Shown here piece after piece: positions 1 through 13,292 of a DNA stretch of 64,000 nucleotides (the first letter of the stretch is position 1; each line of letters begins with the position of its first letter). The stretch spans positions 48,422,001-48,486,000 of the forward strand of contig OX597817.1 of NCBI GenBank assembly GCA_951406725.2, in the 5' to 3' direction. Origin of the DNA: Octopus vulgaris (Eukaryota). The position numbers and the translations under genes are program-made. The notes under the pieces were generated by a model. The model did no database searches. It was not told where the DNA came from and was given only the letters and a program-made list of their open reading frames with translations.

Positions 1-280
1 TTTTTCCCGTTAAGAGTTGCTGAAGCATGGAACAAACTGCTGGCATCAGTTGTTAGTTGTCGGAGCACTGCATCCTTCAAAACTTACATGCTTCCTGAGA
101 TTCGCCAACACTACACCTGATTATCTCCCCTCCATACACACGCAATCATGTATCTGACTCATACACTGTTCACTGTTCACTGTACATTACTGCCTATGAC
201 TTTATACGCACATTTGACAAGTCGTGGTGCACCTATGCACTGTATACAATAATTTCATTATTATCATTATTATTATTAAT
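1..280 (+). mobile_element. CR1/L2-group LINE 3' end with (ATT)n tail; second copy 5970-6235, short inverted piece 1214-1285
   Basis: Encodes RVAEAWNKL.ASVVSCRSTASFK (R...WNxLP C-terminal motif); repeated within the window. Confidence 0.7.
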
Positions 281-525
281 TTCAAACTTACGAGTAAAGT
301 CTGAAATACAAGGATAATTAACGTGCACATGTCTGAGTTGAAGTATATTTAGGCTTGTAGACTATAGTTGAAGGGGAATAACTGTGTATTGCAAAATTCA
401 TAGGTAAACCATTCATAGACACTAAAAGTTAGGTTGAGATTATTATCAATTCCGGATATAAGCAGAAAGTATTCATGTTACGGTATAACTTAGGGAACGT
501 AAATAACCATATGTTGTATTATATA

Positions 526-940
526 GGCGTAGGGGTGGCTGTGTGGTAAGTAGCTTGCTTACAAACTACAAGGTTCCGGGTTCAGTCCCACTGTGTGGCA
601 TCTTGGGCAAGTGTCTTCCACTATAGCCTCGGGCTGACCAAAGCCTTGCGAGTGGATTTGGTAGAGGGAAACTGAAAGAAGCCTGTTGTATATATGCATA
701 TGTATATATATATATATATGTGTGTCTGTGTTTGTCCTTCCTCCCCCCCAACAACATCGCTTACAACCGATGCTGGTGTGTTTACATCCCCGTAACTTAG
801 CGGTTTGGCAAAAGAGACCGATAGAATAAGTACTAGGCTTACAAAGAATAAGTCCTGGGAGCGATTTGCTCGACTAAAGGTGGTGCTCCAGCATGGCCGC
901 AGTCAAATGACTGAAACAAGTAAAAGAGAGAGTAAGAGTA
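526..940 (+). mobile_element. tRNA-derived SINE family A (CORE-like ccttgggcaagt, internal (TA/TG)n). Other copies: 4570-4957(-), 5620-5965(-), 16245-16600(-), 44745-45113(-), 52160-52505(+), 59175-59758(-), 63678-64000(-); split copies 11168-14925, 54480-55115, 62765-63380
   Basis: A-box tggctgtgtggt, B-box ggttcagtccc; conserved tail gcagtcaaatgactgaaacaagtaaaagag; more than 12 copies. Confidence 0.9.
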
Positions 941-1452
941 CATCAGATTGTTAAGTTGCAACGATTGTAACTTTGTAACCATAAGGAGTTAATTATAGTT
1001 ACAATGGGGTTTCTCCTGGCTCATGTGGGGATAATGCGATATACAGGTAGTGTAGATGTTAGATGTATTTCAATCCACTTAGGTATACATGTACTAGTAG
1101 TTATACATATCCAGGCACATGGATAGATTCCTAATGAGTGCTTAAAATATAAATCTTGGAAAATGGAATGGTAAACTTCACACCAGATTTCTCAAGATGG
1201 AGGAAAGCAGTGCATGATAATAATAATAATAATAATGATAAATATAAATAATGAAATTATTGTATACAGTGCTCAGGTGCACCACTACCTTCCTCTCAAT
1301 GCTTCCTTTTTCTATACTGCCCCCTTAGGCACCAGCTCCCATCTGGACCATCTCAACGCCCACCAGTGGGTAGTAGCGCCCACTTTGAGAACCTATATTC
1401 TAAACTAAGAAATGGATTTATGTGTGTTCTCAAATATGCATAATTCACTTAC

Positions 1453-1587
1453 TTTATCGTAGACACGATTCAAAATTCGTGGAACTGCTGTGAATATTGT
1501 TGGTTTCAATTCCTGGAGGTCATCAAATAACTTTTTAACATCTCCTTGAAAAAAGCCAATTCTGCCACCTTTAGTATACGTCAGTAA
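1453..1587 (-). CDS. ACSL: ACSL coding exon 11 (135 nt; LLTYTKGGRIGFFQGDVKKLFDDLQELKPTIFTAVPRILNRVYDK); gene continues beyond position 1
   Basis: atctttttcag / gtaagt; GFFQGD...KPT..VPR.LNR motif. Confidence 0.97.
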
Positions 1588-2276
1588 CTGAAAAAGATAA
1601 AAATATGGTTTTAGGTATGTAACAGTAGTTATGGACCTGGGGCTTGTATGACACTTGGGGACCCATATAAGATTATGCTGTTAAAATTTATGCACAATAT
1701 TTTAACAATTTTTTAATACAATTTTTATTCTTTTATTCTTTTACTTGTTTCAGTCATTTGACTGTGGCCATGCTGGAGCATTGCCTTTAGTCGAGCAAAT
1801 CGACCCCAGGACTTATTCTTTGTAAGCTTAGTACTTATTTTATCAGTCTCTCTTGCCGAACCGCTAAGTGACGAGGACATAAACACACCAGCATCACCTA
1901 AAATTTCTGGCCTTGTGCCTAGAGTATAAAAAATTATTCAAAGGCAGCAAACTCGCAGAAATGTTAGCATGTCGGGCAAAATGCTTAGCGGTATTTTATC
2001 TGTCTTTACATTCTGAGTTGAAATACTGCCGAGTTTGACTTTGCTTTCATCCTTTTGGTATCGATAAATTAAGTACCAGTTGCATACTGGGATCGATCTA
2101 ATCGACTGCCCCCCTCCCCCAAAATTTCGGACCTTGTGCCTAGAATAGAAAAGAATATGGACAAAGTTGTTTTAATGTATGATAGAATAGTTTATACAAT
2201 GGCCAGAATGTCAAGTCTGCATATTTTTATTTGGATTAACATAATACAATTTCAAAGAAATTATCTAGCTATTTAC

Positions 2277-2354
2277 CTGATTTAATCTTTCAAATGCATG
2301 TGGTAATGGTAGATAAGAAAAGTTGACTGTGTCTGGATTATAAGGATTGTGGCC
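2277..2354 (-). CDS. ACSL: ACSL coding exon 10 (78 nt; GHNPYNPDTVNFSYLPLPHAFERLNQ), fatty-acid gate exon
   Basis: tttctttcag / gtaaat; SYLPLxHxFER motif. Confidence 0.96.
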
Positions 2355-3339
2355 CTGAAAGAAATAATGTCATTTGATTAAGGTATATATGTGTATGCAT
2401 ATACACACACATATATATGTATATATTTAATGTAGTTGTTGGTTATAGTTGGTAAGAAAGTCACCATTAGTTTTGCACTTATTATGCTCTTAGTAAAATC
2501 AGTGACTCATCATACCTGCTGGCACCTAACCAAGGATGTGAAAAAAAAACCTGAAACACAATTCTTTGAAGCAAAACCCCTTCAAGGTGAGACTGAGTTA
2601 TCTCCTTTCCACCAGTTCTAGTTGTGTCTGGCAAGGGTCAGTTTATATATAATTTCCATTCACTAGTCAGCAAGTTGGGAACTCCATTTCTCTAACATAA
2701 ATTTTCTCTCATGAGAGCACTGGCTAAACATCTCACTTTTGGAATTTAAGAAGGCCCCTGGGATCAAGGAAATTTTTTTAGGATCTTGGCCCTTTCAGTC
2801 AAGTAAAGTGTGTATCCTCTGCTCCCATTGAGGTATAGTACAGGTTGTTCCAGGAGCTTCCATTTAATCCTGTATGGTATACCCTATTCTTTTCAACACA
2901 AAGTTGGCCAAAGATAGAATGTAATGCCTCTCTGGGATCCTAAAAACAAGAACCTGTGGTTTTTTAGTCACCACTTAAAGGGGCTCTCCATTGCTCCAAC
3001 ATATATATTTCTGTATATGAGCCCTTGCATTATGGGTACTGGTGCTATTGTTACTGTCACTCTATCATTGCTGTTTTTGCTGCTGGACATATTACTGCTG
3101 CTGTCGGTGTTGCTGTTGCTATCACTGCTGTTACTGCTGGATGTGCTGCTGGTGGTCCTGCTGCTGCCATTTCTGCCATTGTTGCTGTTGCTGCCAGATG
3201 CCACCACAGCCTCAAAGTTGCATCGACCTCCCTCTTTTCCTGACTGGGCCTTCACTTTTAACTCTACATGAGCATCCTGCTTCTGTGTGTGTGTGGGGTG
3301 TAGATTTTAGTGATAATGAGAACAGTGAGAATGTCAATG

Positions 3340-3975
3340 AGGTTGATGACGATGGCAATGATGATGATGATGAAGATCATGACGATGATGATGGTGGTGT
3401 TGATGATGATGATGATGATGATGATTATGATGATATGATGACAATGATGATGATGGTGTTGATGATGATGATGATGATGATAATGATGACGATAATGATG
3501 ATGATGATGATGACGATGATGATAGTGGTGTTGATGATGATGATGGTGATGATGATGATGATGATGGTGATGATATTGATGATGGTGTTGATGATGATGA
3601 TGATGATGATGGTGTTGATAATGATGATGATGACGATGATGATGATAATGATGACGATAATGATGATGATGATGATGACGATGATGATAGTGGTGTTGAT
3701 GATGATGATGGTGATGATGATGATGATGATGGTGATGATATTGATGATGATGGTGATGATATTGATGATGATGGTGATGATGATGATGATGATGATGGTG
3801 TTGATAATGATGATGATGACGATGATGATGATAGTGATGACAATGATGATGATAGTGATAATGATGATGATGAGGATGATGATGACAATGATGATGATGA
3901 TAATGATAATGATGGTGATGAAGACAACGATGACAACAACGACAAAACTGATGATGGCGATGACAATGATGATAA
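3340..3975. repeat. (GAT)n-rich microsatellite; (CAC)n at 4272-4375
   Basis: Direct inspection; source of the poly-M/H/S ORFs. Confidence 0.97.
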
Positions 3976-4034
3976 TATATAATAAAAGTCACAAAAATGG
4001 TTTTAAAATGTGGTTATCCTGTGCAATGACTTAC

Positions 4035-4108
4035 TTTCATCAGTATTTCAGTTGATACAACCATACTCGTTACATTTCGGTGAGACGTGATGACTCCTTT
4101 CGGTAAAC
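4035..4108 (-). CDS. ACSL: ACSL coding exon 9 (74 nt; G-LPKGVITSHRNVTSMVVSTEILMK)
   Basis: attgcag / gtaagt; completes TSGSTGLPKG. Confidence 0.96.
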
Positions 4109-6419
4109 CTGCAATATAAAAAACAGAACCATTTTTAAAGCAGAGTTGATAAAATATCCACAAAAATGCTCCGAGTCTTGAATCAAATCTCCCTCAAGTC
4201 ATGCATTACTGCTTCATATTGGAAGCACATAGCGAATAATGTAATTTTTGCTTTGCTCTCCACCTCCTCTGCTCCACCACCACCACCACCATCACAATCA
4301 CCATCACCACCAACATCCACCACCACCACCACCACCACCACCACCACCGCCACCACCACCACCACCACCATCATCATTGCTTTATTATCTGCTTTGCCAT
4401 ATTTGCATGTGTCAGGTGGAATTTTGTGGAGAGTGATTTTTCTATGACCGAGTGCTTTACCTGTCCCTAACCCTCACTTGTTTCCAAATATGCTAATATT
4501 TCCCTTGGTCAGACATGTTTTCACAGCAGATTGGAAACAAAGGACACCACTCACACAGTTGTGACACTTACTCTTTTACTCTTTTACTGTTTCAGTCATT
4601 TGACTGTGGCCATGCTGGAGCACCACCTTTAGTCGAGCAAATCGCCCCCAGGACTTATTCTTTGTAAGCCTAGTACTTATTCTATCGGTCTCTTTTGCCA
4701 AACCGTTAAGTTACAGGGACGTAAACACACCAGCATCAGTTGTCAATCGATGTTGAGGGAGACACACAAACATATGCACATATATATACATATATACGAC
4801 GGGCTTCTTTCAGTTTCCGTCAACCAAATTCACTCACAAGGCTTTGGTTGGCCCGAGGCTATAGGAGAAGACACTTGCCCAAGGTGCCATGCAGTGGGAC
4901 TGAACCCAGAACCATGTGGTTGGTAAGCAAGCTACTTACCACACAACCACTCCTACGCGTTGTTTACAACTATCTTGTGATGTAAGGGTAAATAGACAAT
5001 AATTCATACATGCACACACAAACACACACACACACACAAATGCGTTGTTAAGAGAAACACCTCAGATTGGTTGGCAGCATGAATATGAACAACAAACAAA
5101 AGAAAGGTAGGCTAAATGAAATACAAGATAGATTTCTTGATTTCATCTTCAGCGACAACAGCAGCTGACATTAAGTGAGAAGGGGAGGTAATCTTTAGAA
5201 ATTGACAATCAGTATGTTGAATTAACTGGCAATTGGGGAAAAGAAAATGTTTTTCTTGGGACAAGAGGACGGCTATGAACATGCGCTTCTGGGTAAGTGG
5301 GTGCCCCCAGCACAACGTTGTCCTACTTTGACTCTAGCTAGATATGTGACTTAGACACCATGCACACACACACACACATACATATGTGTTTATACATATA
5401 TACATACATAACTTGTTTTAATTACACAAAAAGGATATAAAAGCGAAAATTTTTATTCATTTTCAAATTTTTCTCTGTATTTTTCCTACACACACATACA
5501 CACACACACATGCATACACATATTATGATGAAGATGATGATAATGAATCACCATTTAACATCTGCTTTCCATGCCGGCATGGGTTGGACAGTTTGACTGG
5601 AGTTGGCCAGCTTTAGTTTAGCATCGCCTTTAGTTGAGCAAACTGACCCCAAGACTTATTCTTTGTAAGCCTAGTACTTATTCTATCGGTCTCTTTTGCT
5701 GAACCGCTAAGTTACAGGTACGTAAACACATCAGCATCAGTTGTCAAGCGATGTTGGGAGGAAAAAGACAGACACACAAACATATATATACACATACACA
5801 CACACACATATATATATATATGATGGGCTTCTTTCAGTTTCCATCTACCAAATCTACTCACAAGACTTTGGTTGGCCCAAGGCTATAGTAGAAGACACTT
5901 GCCCAAGGTACCACACAGAGGGACTGAACCTGGAACCATGTGGTTTGTAAGCAAGCTACTTACCAATGCTAAGAGTTGCTGAAGCATGGAACAAACTGCC
6001 GGCATCCATTGTTAGTTGTCGGAGCACTGCATCCTTCTAAACTTCCATGCTTCCTGAGATTCGCCAACACTACACCTGATTTTCTCCCCTCTATTTACAT
6101 GCAAGCATGTATCTGACTCATACACTGTTCGCTTTCCAGACATTTGTACATTACTGCATATACTTTATATGCACTTTTGACAAGTTGTGGTGCACCTGAG
6201 CACTGTATACAATAATTTCATTATTATTATTATATTTAAGCGATGTCTATTGTGGCATAGCTTCTACAGCTGGATGCCCTACCTAATACCAACCCCTTTA
6301 TGGAATGTACAGGGTGATTTTATGCAGCACTGACATGAGTGCTCTTATGGTCACTGGTATGCGTACTTTTATGTGGCACCGGCACCCATGAGCCCACAAG
6401 ATTAGGAATGATCAGCTGA

Positions 6420-7085
6420 AGATGGATGCAGGGGTCATGCCTGCATGCAAGGACAACCATGGTTTTACTTAGCTTGACATGTCATCTCAAGCACAACAAA
6501 TCACCGGGAATCTTGGTCCCCTGTCATCCCCTGTGTGGGACCTAATGTCCGAAGACACTTTCTCACCACTTCGTCCCTCATCTTCCTTGGTCTACCCTTT
6601 CCACATGTGCCCTCCACAATTAGAGATCAGCATCTCTTGATAAGCAACCGTCCTCATTCATACGCATTACATGGCCATACCAGTGCAGTCTTCTCACTTG
6701 CATCTACATCTGAGGCCTCGTTTACCCAGTTTTACTTTCAAATCATTTACACTTTGTGGTGTATGCACACTGACATTACTGTATCAGGACAATTACACCC
6801 CCACCCACCTCATAGGACAATCCTCCCCAACAACAACTACCCACTAGGACAGTTACCCCACTAGGTTAATTACCCCCTCTCCAATATATTAAGAAGATTT
6901 AAATCAGCATCTGTTGTCCTCAGGGGTAATAGTCCTTGGGGCAGGGGGGGGGGGTGTTATTGTCCTTGGCTGGGTAAATGTCCTAAACTTAACATTACCC
7001 ATCCAGTGAAGCATCCTGGCATCATTTCTGTCAAGCCTTTGCGTATTCACATGACATGGACCATGTCTCATTACCATGGGTGGAA
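6420..7085 (-). mobile_element. Degenerate RTE-like LINE fragment interrupted by a small ggacaatt-repeat insert (6787-6983)
   Basis: RLDRNDARMLHWM (RTE-type MLRW motif). Confidence 0.55.
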
Positions 7086-7150
7086 ATGACATTGAACTTT
7101 CAGCTGGCTAGCCTTTGTCAGAGTGTTTGTCTGTCTGTCTCTCTTTCTCT

Positions 7151-7198
<48 letters not shown>

Positions 7199-7412
7199 CC
7201 TTGTGAGTGGATTTGGTAGATGGAAACTGAAAGAAGCCTGTTGTATATATACAAATATATATATATATATGTAGAAACCTTGCCAAATCAGTTTGGAGCC
7301 TGGTGCCGCCTTCTAGCTTGCCAGACTGCCCAACCCATGCCAGCATGGAAAACGGATGTTAAACGATGATGATGATGATGATAATTATGATATATATATA
7401 TGCTAAACTTAC

Positions 7413-7464
7413 CTGTGGAACCACTTGTGTAACAGAGGCAAAATAAATTTTCTGGTTTTGGTGG
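7413..7464 (-). CDS. ACSL: ACSL coding exon 8 (52 nt; PPKPENLFCLCYTSGST-G), AMP-binding P-loop
   Basis: tttctttcag / gtaagt; YTSGST(G) signature. Confidence 0.96.
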
Positions 7465-7576
7465 CTGAAAGAAAAAAATAAAGAGATGAACTTATGAACT
7501 TTAAAACTAATTAATTAATGTATTTATACTATCATAAATAAGTTTCATTTGAGCATTTCATTTTAACAAAAGTTTC

Positions 7577-7886
7577 GGATCTTTTCACTTTGACCAGCAG
7601 ATTTTAAAAATAATTTCTATGTAATTAAAAAATTTTAGTTACAAAATGACGCCACCAGAAAATGTTACGGCAGAAATTGAATTCACCTCAATAGACGTCA
7701 TTGATTGGTTGAAATTGCCGAAATGCAAGAAATTAAACAACAAATATGTTACAAACTACAGAATTTTCTCAATAAAGCCAAGAGAAAAAAGGTTTTATAA
7801 GCACATTCTACCAGTATACGAAGTATAAAATTTTTTAGTTACATAGAAATTATTTTAAAAATCTGCCGGTCAAAGTGAAAAGATCC
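7577..7886. mobile_element. MITE with GGATC..GATCC termini, long TIRs and 8-bp TSD aaagtttc
   Basis: ggatcttttcactttgacc / ggtcaaagtgaaaagatcc; TSD 7569-76 / 7887-94. Confidence 0.88.
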
Positions 7887-8508
7887 AAAGTTTCAAAATG
7901 AGTTATTATTTTAGACCTGGCAGAACCCATGAAATTCTTGGTTTGAACGTTTCTGATTTCTTTTAGAGATTAGAGAAAGTAGGGAAGATAGAATTGACCC
8001 AGCGCTGGATGGGTACTTTATCAACATTGAAAGAATTAAAAGCAAATTTGGCCTTGGTGGGATACAAACTTCAAAGGGCAAACAATCAGAATGAATATCA
8101 CAAGGTAATATGTGCTTGACACACAAACACAGAATGGCACGAGTATGAAAGCCAAAAAGGACTGTGATCATCAAAGTTGAAGGACTTAACTTCATGGAAG
8201 GTTGAGATAAGGTTCAGGCCTCTGGTGTGTCAGAAGAGATAATGGTTGGAGTGATAGTTTTAATCTTTTCTCTTATCTTTTGTTTCAGTCATTAGACAGT
8301 GGTCATACTGGAGCACCACCTTCGACCCCACCACCCAGTACTTCTCTTGTTTTTTTTTTCTGCAAGCCTGGTATTATTCTGTCAGTCTCTTTTGCCAAAC
8401 TGCTAAGTTACAAAGACGTAAACATACCAACAAAGGTTGTCAAGTGGTGTTGGGGGACAAACATAGACATGCATGCATGCATGCAGCATGGAAAATTTAT
8501 ATTAAATG

Positions 8509-8556
<48 letters not shown>

Positions 8557-8848
8557 GAGGTGCAATGACCTAGTGGTTAGGGCAGGGGACTCGCAGTCGT
8601 AGGATTGCGGTTTCAATTCCCAGACCGGGTGCTGTGAGCGTTTATTGAGCGAAAACACCCAAAGCTCTACAAGGCTCCGGCAGGGGCTGGTGGCGACCCC
8701 TGTTGTACTCTTTCGCTACAACTTTCTCTCACTCTTTCTTCTGTTGGCCTGCTCGCTTAGCCAGCAGGGTGGTGTCATTTGAAGGCTAAAACAATGTGAA
8801 GCGCATTGTGACCAGCAATGTGTAGCCTGGTCGGTCACGGTGATCATG

Positions 8849-8882
<34 letters not shown>

Positions 8883-8884
8883 GG

Positions 8885-9385
8885 ATAATAAAACAAATGG
8901 TTTATACCAGGTAGCTTACTGGTAAAGCACAGTTACTTTCACAGTAATCGTTAGGTAAATAACAAATGAAAGACGGAAGATGGAATATACGAGAATATAT
9001 TATTAATCACAACAATTGTTTTGACATATCTAGTATCGACTCCTCTTGTGGGACACACAAAAACTGGTACAGGAGCATCCGGCGGTGCGGATGTATCTCG
9101 TCGGGTGATAAATAAATAAAACATCTCGTTAAAGTAACAGTTCCATAATGCAGCTCTTCGCTTTGCAGAGAGACAAACAGCTAGACTGAGGAAGATTTGT
9201 CATATATATATAGAAGATCCAAAAATAAAATTTCAGAAGACAAAAAGAGAAATGAACACTTAATCCAGTGAGAAAAGTATTGAAAATAACCGTAAACAAG
9301 GGGAGTCAGTGCTAGATGTGTCGAAACAATTGTTGTGATTAATAATATATTCCTGTAGATTCCATCTTCTGTCTTTTATTTGTTA
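8885..9385 (-). mobile_element. (TA)n-flanked PLE-like terminus with ~90-bp inverted arms (8960-9048 / 9297-9385) and degenerate hammerhead at 9005-9110
   Basis: Minus strand atcac-CCGACGA-gatacatc...gatatgtc-aaaac aatt GTT-gtgat; the inverted arm retains GAAAC. Confidence 0.6.
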
Positions 9386-9476
9386 TATATATATATATAT
9401 ATATATATATTTCGTTTTTGTATTTGGTTTACAAGATTCTTTATGTGAATTTGTGTGTTGAAGCGTATTTTGTTGT

Positions 9477-9635
9477 GTCTGGAGAGAGTCATTCTCTTTT
9501 AGTGCCTTAATACTTAACATACTCACCTGTTCGATTTTTCACTCATTTATGAAAATTTTAGAAAAAATGAGTGGAAATCAAATTGGTGTATGTGTTATGT
9601 AATAAGACACTAAAAGAGAATGACTCTCTCCAGAC
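9477..9635. repeat. Palindromic MITE-like repeat; one arm recurs at ~19600-19675
   Basis: gtctggagagagtcattctcttttagtg / cactaaaagagaatgactctctccagac. Confidence 0.75.
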
Positions 9636-10014
9636 TGGCAACTGTACTAGTGGAGTGCTAAGAGCACCAATTTGAGTGTGATCATTGCCAGAGCAACAAA
9701 CTGGCTTCCGTGCTGGTGTCATGTAAAAAGCACCATTTGAGCATGATCGTTACCAGCGTCACCTTACTGGCACTTGTGCCGGTGGCATGTGGAAAAACAT
9801 TTGAGCGAGATCATTGCCAGTACCGTCTGACTGGCCCTTGTGCTGGTGGCATGTAAAAGTACCCACTACACTCTCGGAGTGGTTGGCATTAGGAAGGGTA
9901 TCCAGCTGTAGAAACTCTGCCAGATCAGATTGGAGCCTGGTGCAGCCATCTGGTTCGCCAGTCCTCAGTCAAATCGTCCAATCCATGCCAGCATAAAAAG
10001 CAGACGTTAAATGA

Positions 10015-10189
<175 letters not shown>

Positions 10190-10484
10190 TCCCTCTCTCT
10201 CTCTCTCGGAGAGGCACAAGCACCTACACACACATATACACACACAACAGTAACTTCCGCCTACCAAATTCAATCACAAAGCTTCGGTCGGCCCGGAACT
10301 ATAGCAGAAGACACTTGCCCAAAGTGTCACATGGTGGGACTGAACCCAAAACCATGTATCTAGGAAGTAGAGGTAATTAATGTCCTCAGTTTTTGATTCA
10401 CCTTTGCTCTAATTAAATATTCTAAATGATCTGAGATACTCATCCCGTCCTGGTTTTGTTTTCCTTTTCCGTCAATATATACCT

Positions 10485-10710
10485 ATTTCTTTATTACCCA
10501 CAAGGGGCTAAACACAGAGGGAACAAACAAGGACAGACATAGGTATTAAGTCGATTACATCGACCCCAGTTCGTAACTGGTACTTAATTTATCGACCCCG
10601 AAAGGATGAAAGGCAAAGTCGACCTCGGCGGAATTTGAACTCACAACGTAACGCAGACGAAATACTGCTAAGCATTTCGCCCGGCGTGCTAACGTTTCTG
10701 CCAGCTCGCC
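10485..10710 (-). mobile_element. SINE family B, young copy with 14-bp TSD gtcaatatatacct (10471-84 / 10711-24). Other copies: 1942-2155, 23633-23850, 25745-25967, 26788-27020, 29841-30072, 38615-38820, 62352-62540
   Basis: Head gagctggcagaaacgttagc, B-box gagttcaaattcc, body gactttgcctttcatcctttcggggtcgat; TSDs visible. Confidence 0.9.
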
Positions 10711-11338
10711 GTCAATATATACCTGCTGACTCGGATGCCTACAACGGATCCCTAGCTTCAGCCCCAGCTGTGAGCTTGGAACCTAACAGATGACTAATTA
10801 TAGCCCTCATGCAGCTTACCAATTAGTTTACACCATCGGTGAACTAAAACCCCTCATATCCTTTCTATATATTTCATGGAGGCAATGGCCGTGACGTGTA
10901 ACCTGCACAGCAGCAGAGATAATGGATGAAAGATTTGTGTCCCAGAAGGGCATCAGTTGAGTCCATGGAGCCAGAAAAATTGTTTGGTGAGTTTTTGTAT
11001 TATTTGATAGTATCTAAGGAAGCATAAGGCAGTAAGTTGGAAGAATCGTTACTGTTCCAGACAAAATGCTTAATGGTATTTCTTTCAGCTCTGAGTTCAA
11101 ATACCGCTGAGGTTGACTTTGCTTTTCATTCTTACAGGATTGATAAAATAAGTACTGGCAAAGTACAGGCACAAAAGTGGCTGTGTGGTAAGTAGCTTGC
11201 TTACCAACCACATGGTTCTGGGTTCATTCCCACTCCGTGGCACCTTGGGCGTCTTCTACTATAGCCTCGGGCCGACCAAAGCTTTTTGAGTGGATTTGGT
11301 AGACAGAAACTGAAAGAAGCCCATCATATATATGTATA

Positions 11339-11434
<96 letters not shown>

Positions 11435-11462
11435 TATATATGTATATATATATATATATATG

Positions 11463-11512
<50 letters not shown>

Positions 11513-11513
11513 G

Positions 11514-11600
<87 letters not shown>

Positions 11601-11683
11601 GGTCCCGGGTTGATTCGGGGTTAACCACAGTAAGTAAGGTACTCAATACATAGCAGAGTAAAATTAATTTATTATATAGAAGG

Positions 11684-11734
11684 AGCTTCTACAGGACTAG
11701 TACTGTTTCATTCAAGAGAAATCTTCAGGAAGCT
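11684..11734 (-). ncRNA. Identical hammerhead motif, sense to the ACSL pre-mRNA
   Basis: Exact reverse complement of 14524-14574. Confidence 0.75.
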
Positions 11735-12074
11735 ATTTAACAAGAATTGTATTAGCATTTATACATTTAGGCAGGTTTAAAGGAGTGGTGGTGGGGGACT
11801 TTTGGGGGTAGGCATAGCGCAAAATATCATACTTGGGGGAGTGGTCAAGGAGTCAGTGGTAAGTTAGATGAAAGAATAGATAAATAAAAAAATAAAAAAA
11901 TAAAAAAATAAAAAATATATATAAAAAAATATATATATAAAAATATATATATAAAAAAATATATATATAAAAAAAAGGGGGGATAGAGTTATAGGTAAAT
12001 AAGGAGATTCTCACTTATACCTATACACACATGTATACGTATCTACACACACATACATACATACACATATATAT

Positions 12075-12113
<39 letters not shown>

Positions 12114-12999
12114 TATACATATACATATATACACACATACATACATATCTACATACACACATACATACACCCGCCCACATATACAAATTTATACACATGC
12201 ACATGCCTATACCTGTCTACACATACACACACGTATATATGCATACACTCACTCCCATGCATGCACGCATACACACATGTATATATATATATATATATAC
12301 CCACGACCACACATACATATATACACATAAAAATATATATTCATACGCACATACACTCATGCACACACAACACACCCAGTTCCCTATATACACATATTTA
12401 CACCTATATATACATACACCCACATACACCTATGTACACATATATATATATAAACATATACACGCATACATATATATACATGTGTGCACATACATACATA
12501 CACACATATATACATACACATACACATGTGTACCTATACATACCTACACATACACACATACATACATACAAATATACATATACATATATATATATACAAT
12601 CCAATACAGGCCCATTCCCTAATTTTAATTTTATTATCTTCATTTATTACTTTTGTTATCTTTGATCGCTAGAGCTAAGAATCCTGGCAATGGCTGCATG
12701 TCCATTTGTCTGTCTACTAGAAGGCAAGTACTCATTCCCGCACGCACACTCATTAGCACGTACATTCACCCATTCGTACACTCATACACATACACGTACG
12801 CACGCGTTATATTCATACATACAAACATCTACATACGTTCACGTATATACACATACGTACTCGTACCTACAGATTCGTGTCTACACTTTAGGAGGCTAGT
12901 CTATACATATACACCAATAAATATACATATATATATATATATATACCCACATATACATACACACACACACATATATACTCATACATACAGATACATACC

Positions 13000-13063
<64 letters not shown>

Positions 13064-13241
13064 TACACATACACACATACATATACACACACATACATAC
13101 ACATATATATACATACACAAACATATATACACACATATATATATACGTACACACATACACACATACATACGTATACATACATACATACATCCATACATCC
13201 ATACTTACATGCATTTATACGCATACACACACCCATCTATA

Positions 13242-13292
<51 letters not shown>

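Noticed and set aside
1588-4034. Second mutually exclusive gate exon
   Set aside because: No other LPLxH-encoding exon seen in either flanking intron
2924-4447. Long ORFs with poly-M, H, S, C, L, T and P runs
   Set aside because: Translations of trinucleotide microsatellites in ACSL introns
12600-12740. Palindrome arm as a PLE endonuclease C-terminus (SLIARAK...CLLE)
   Set aside because: Resemblance too weak and frameshifted to call without a profile search
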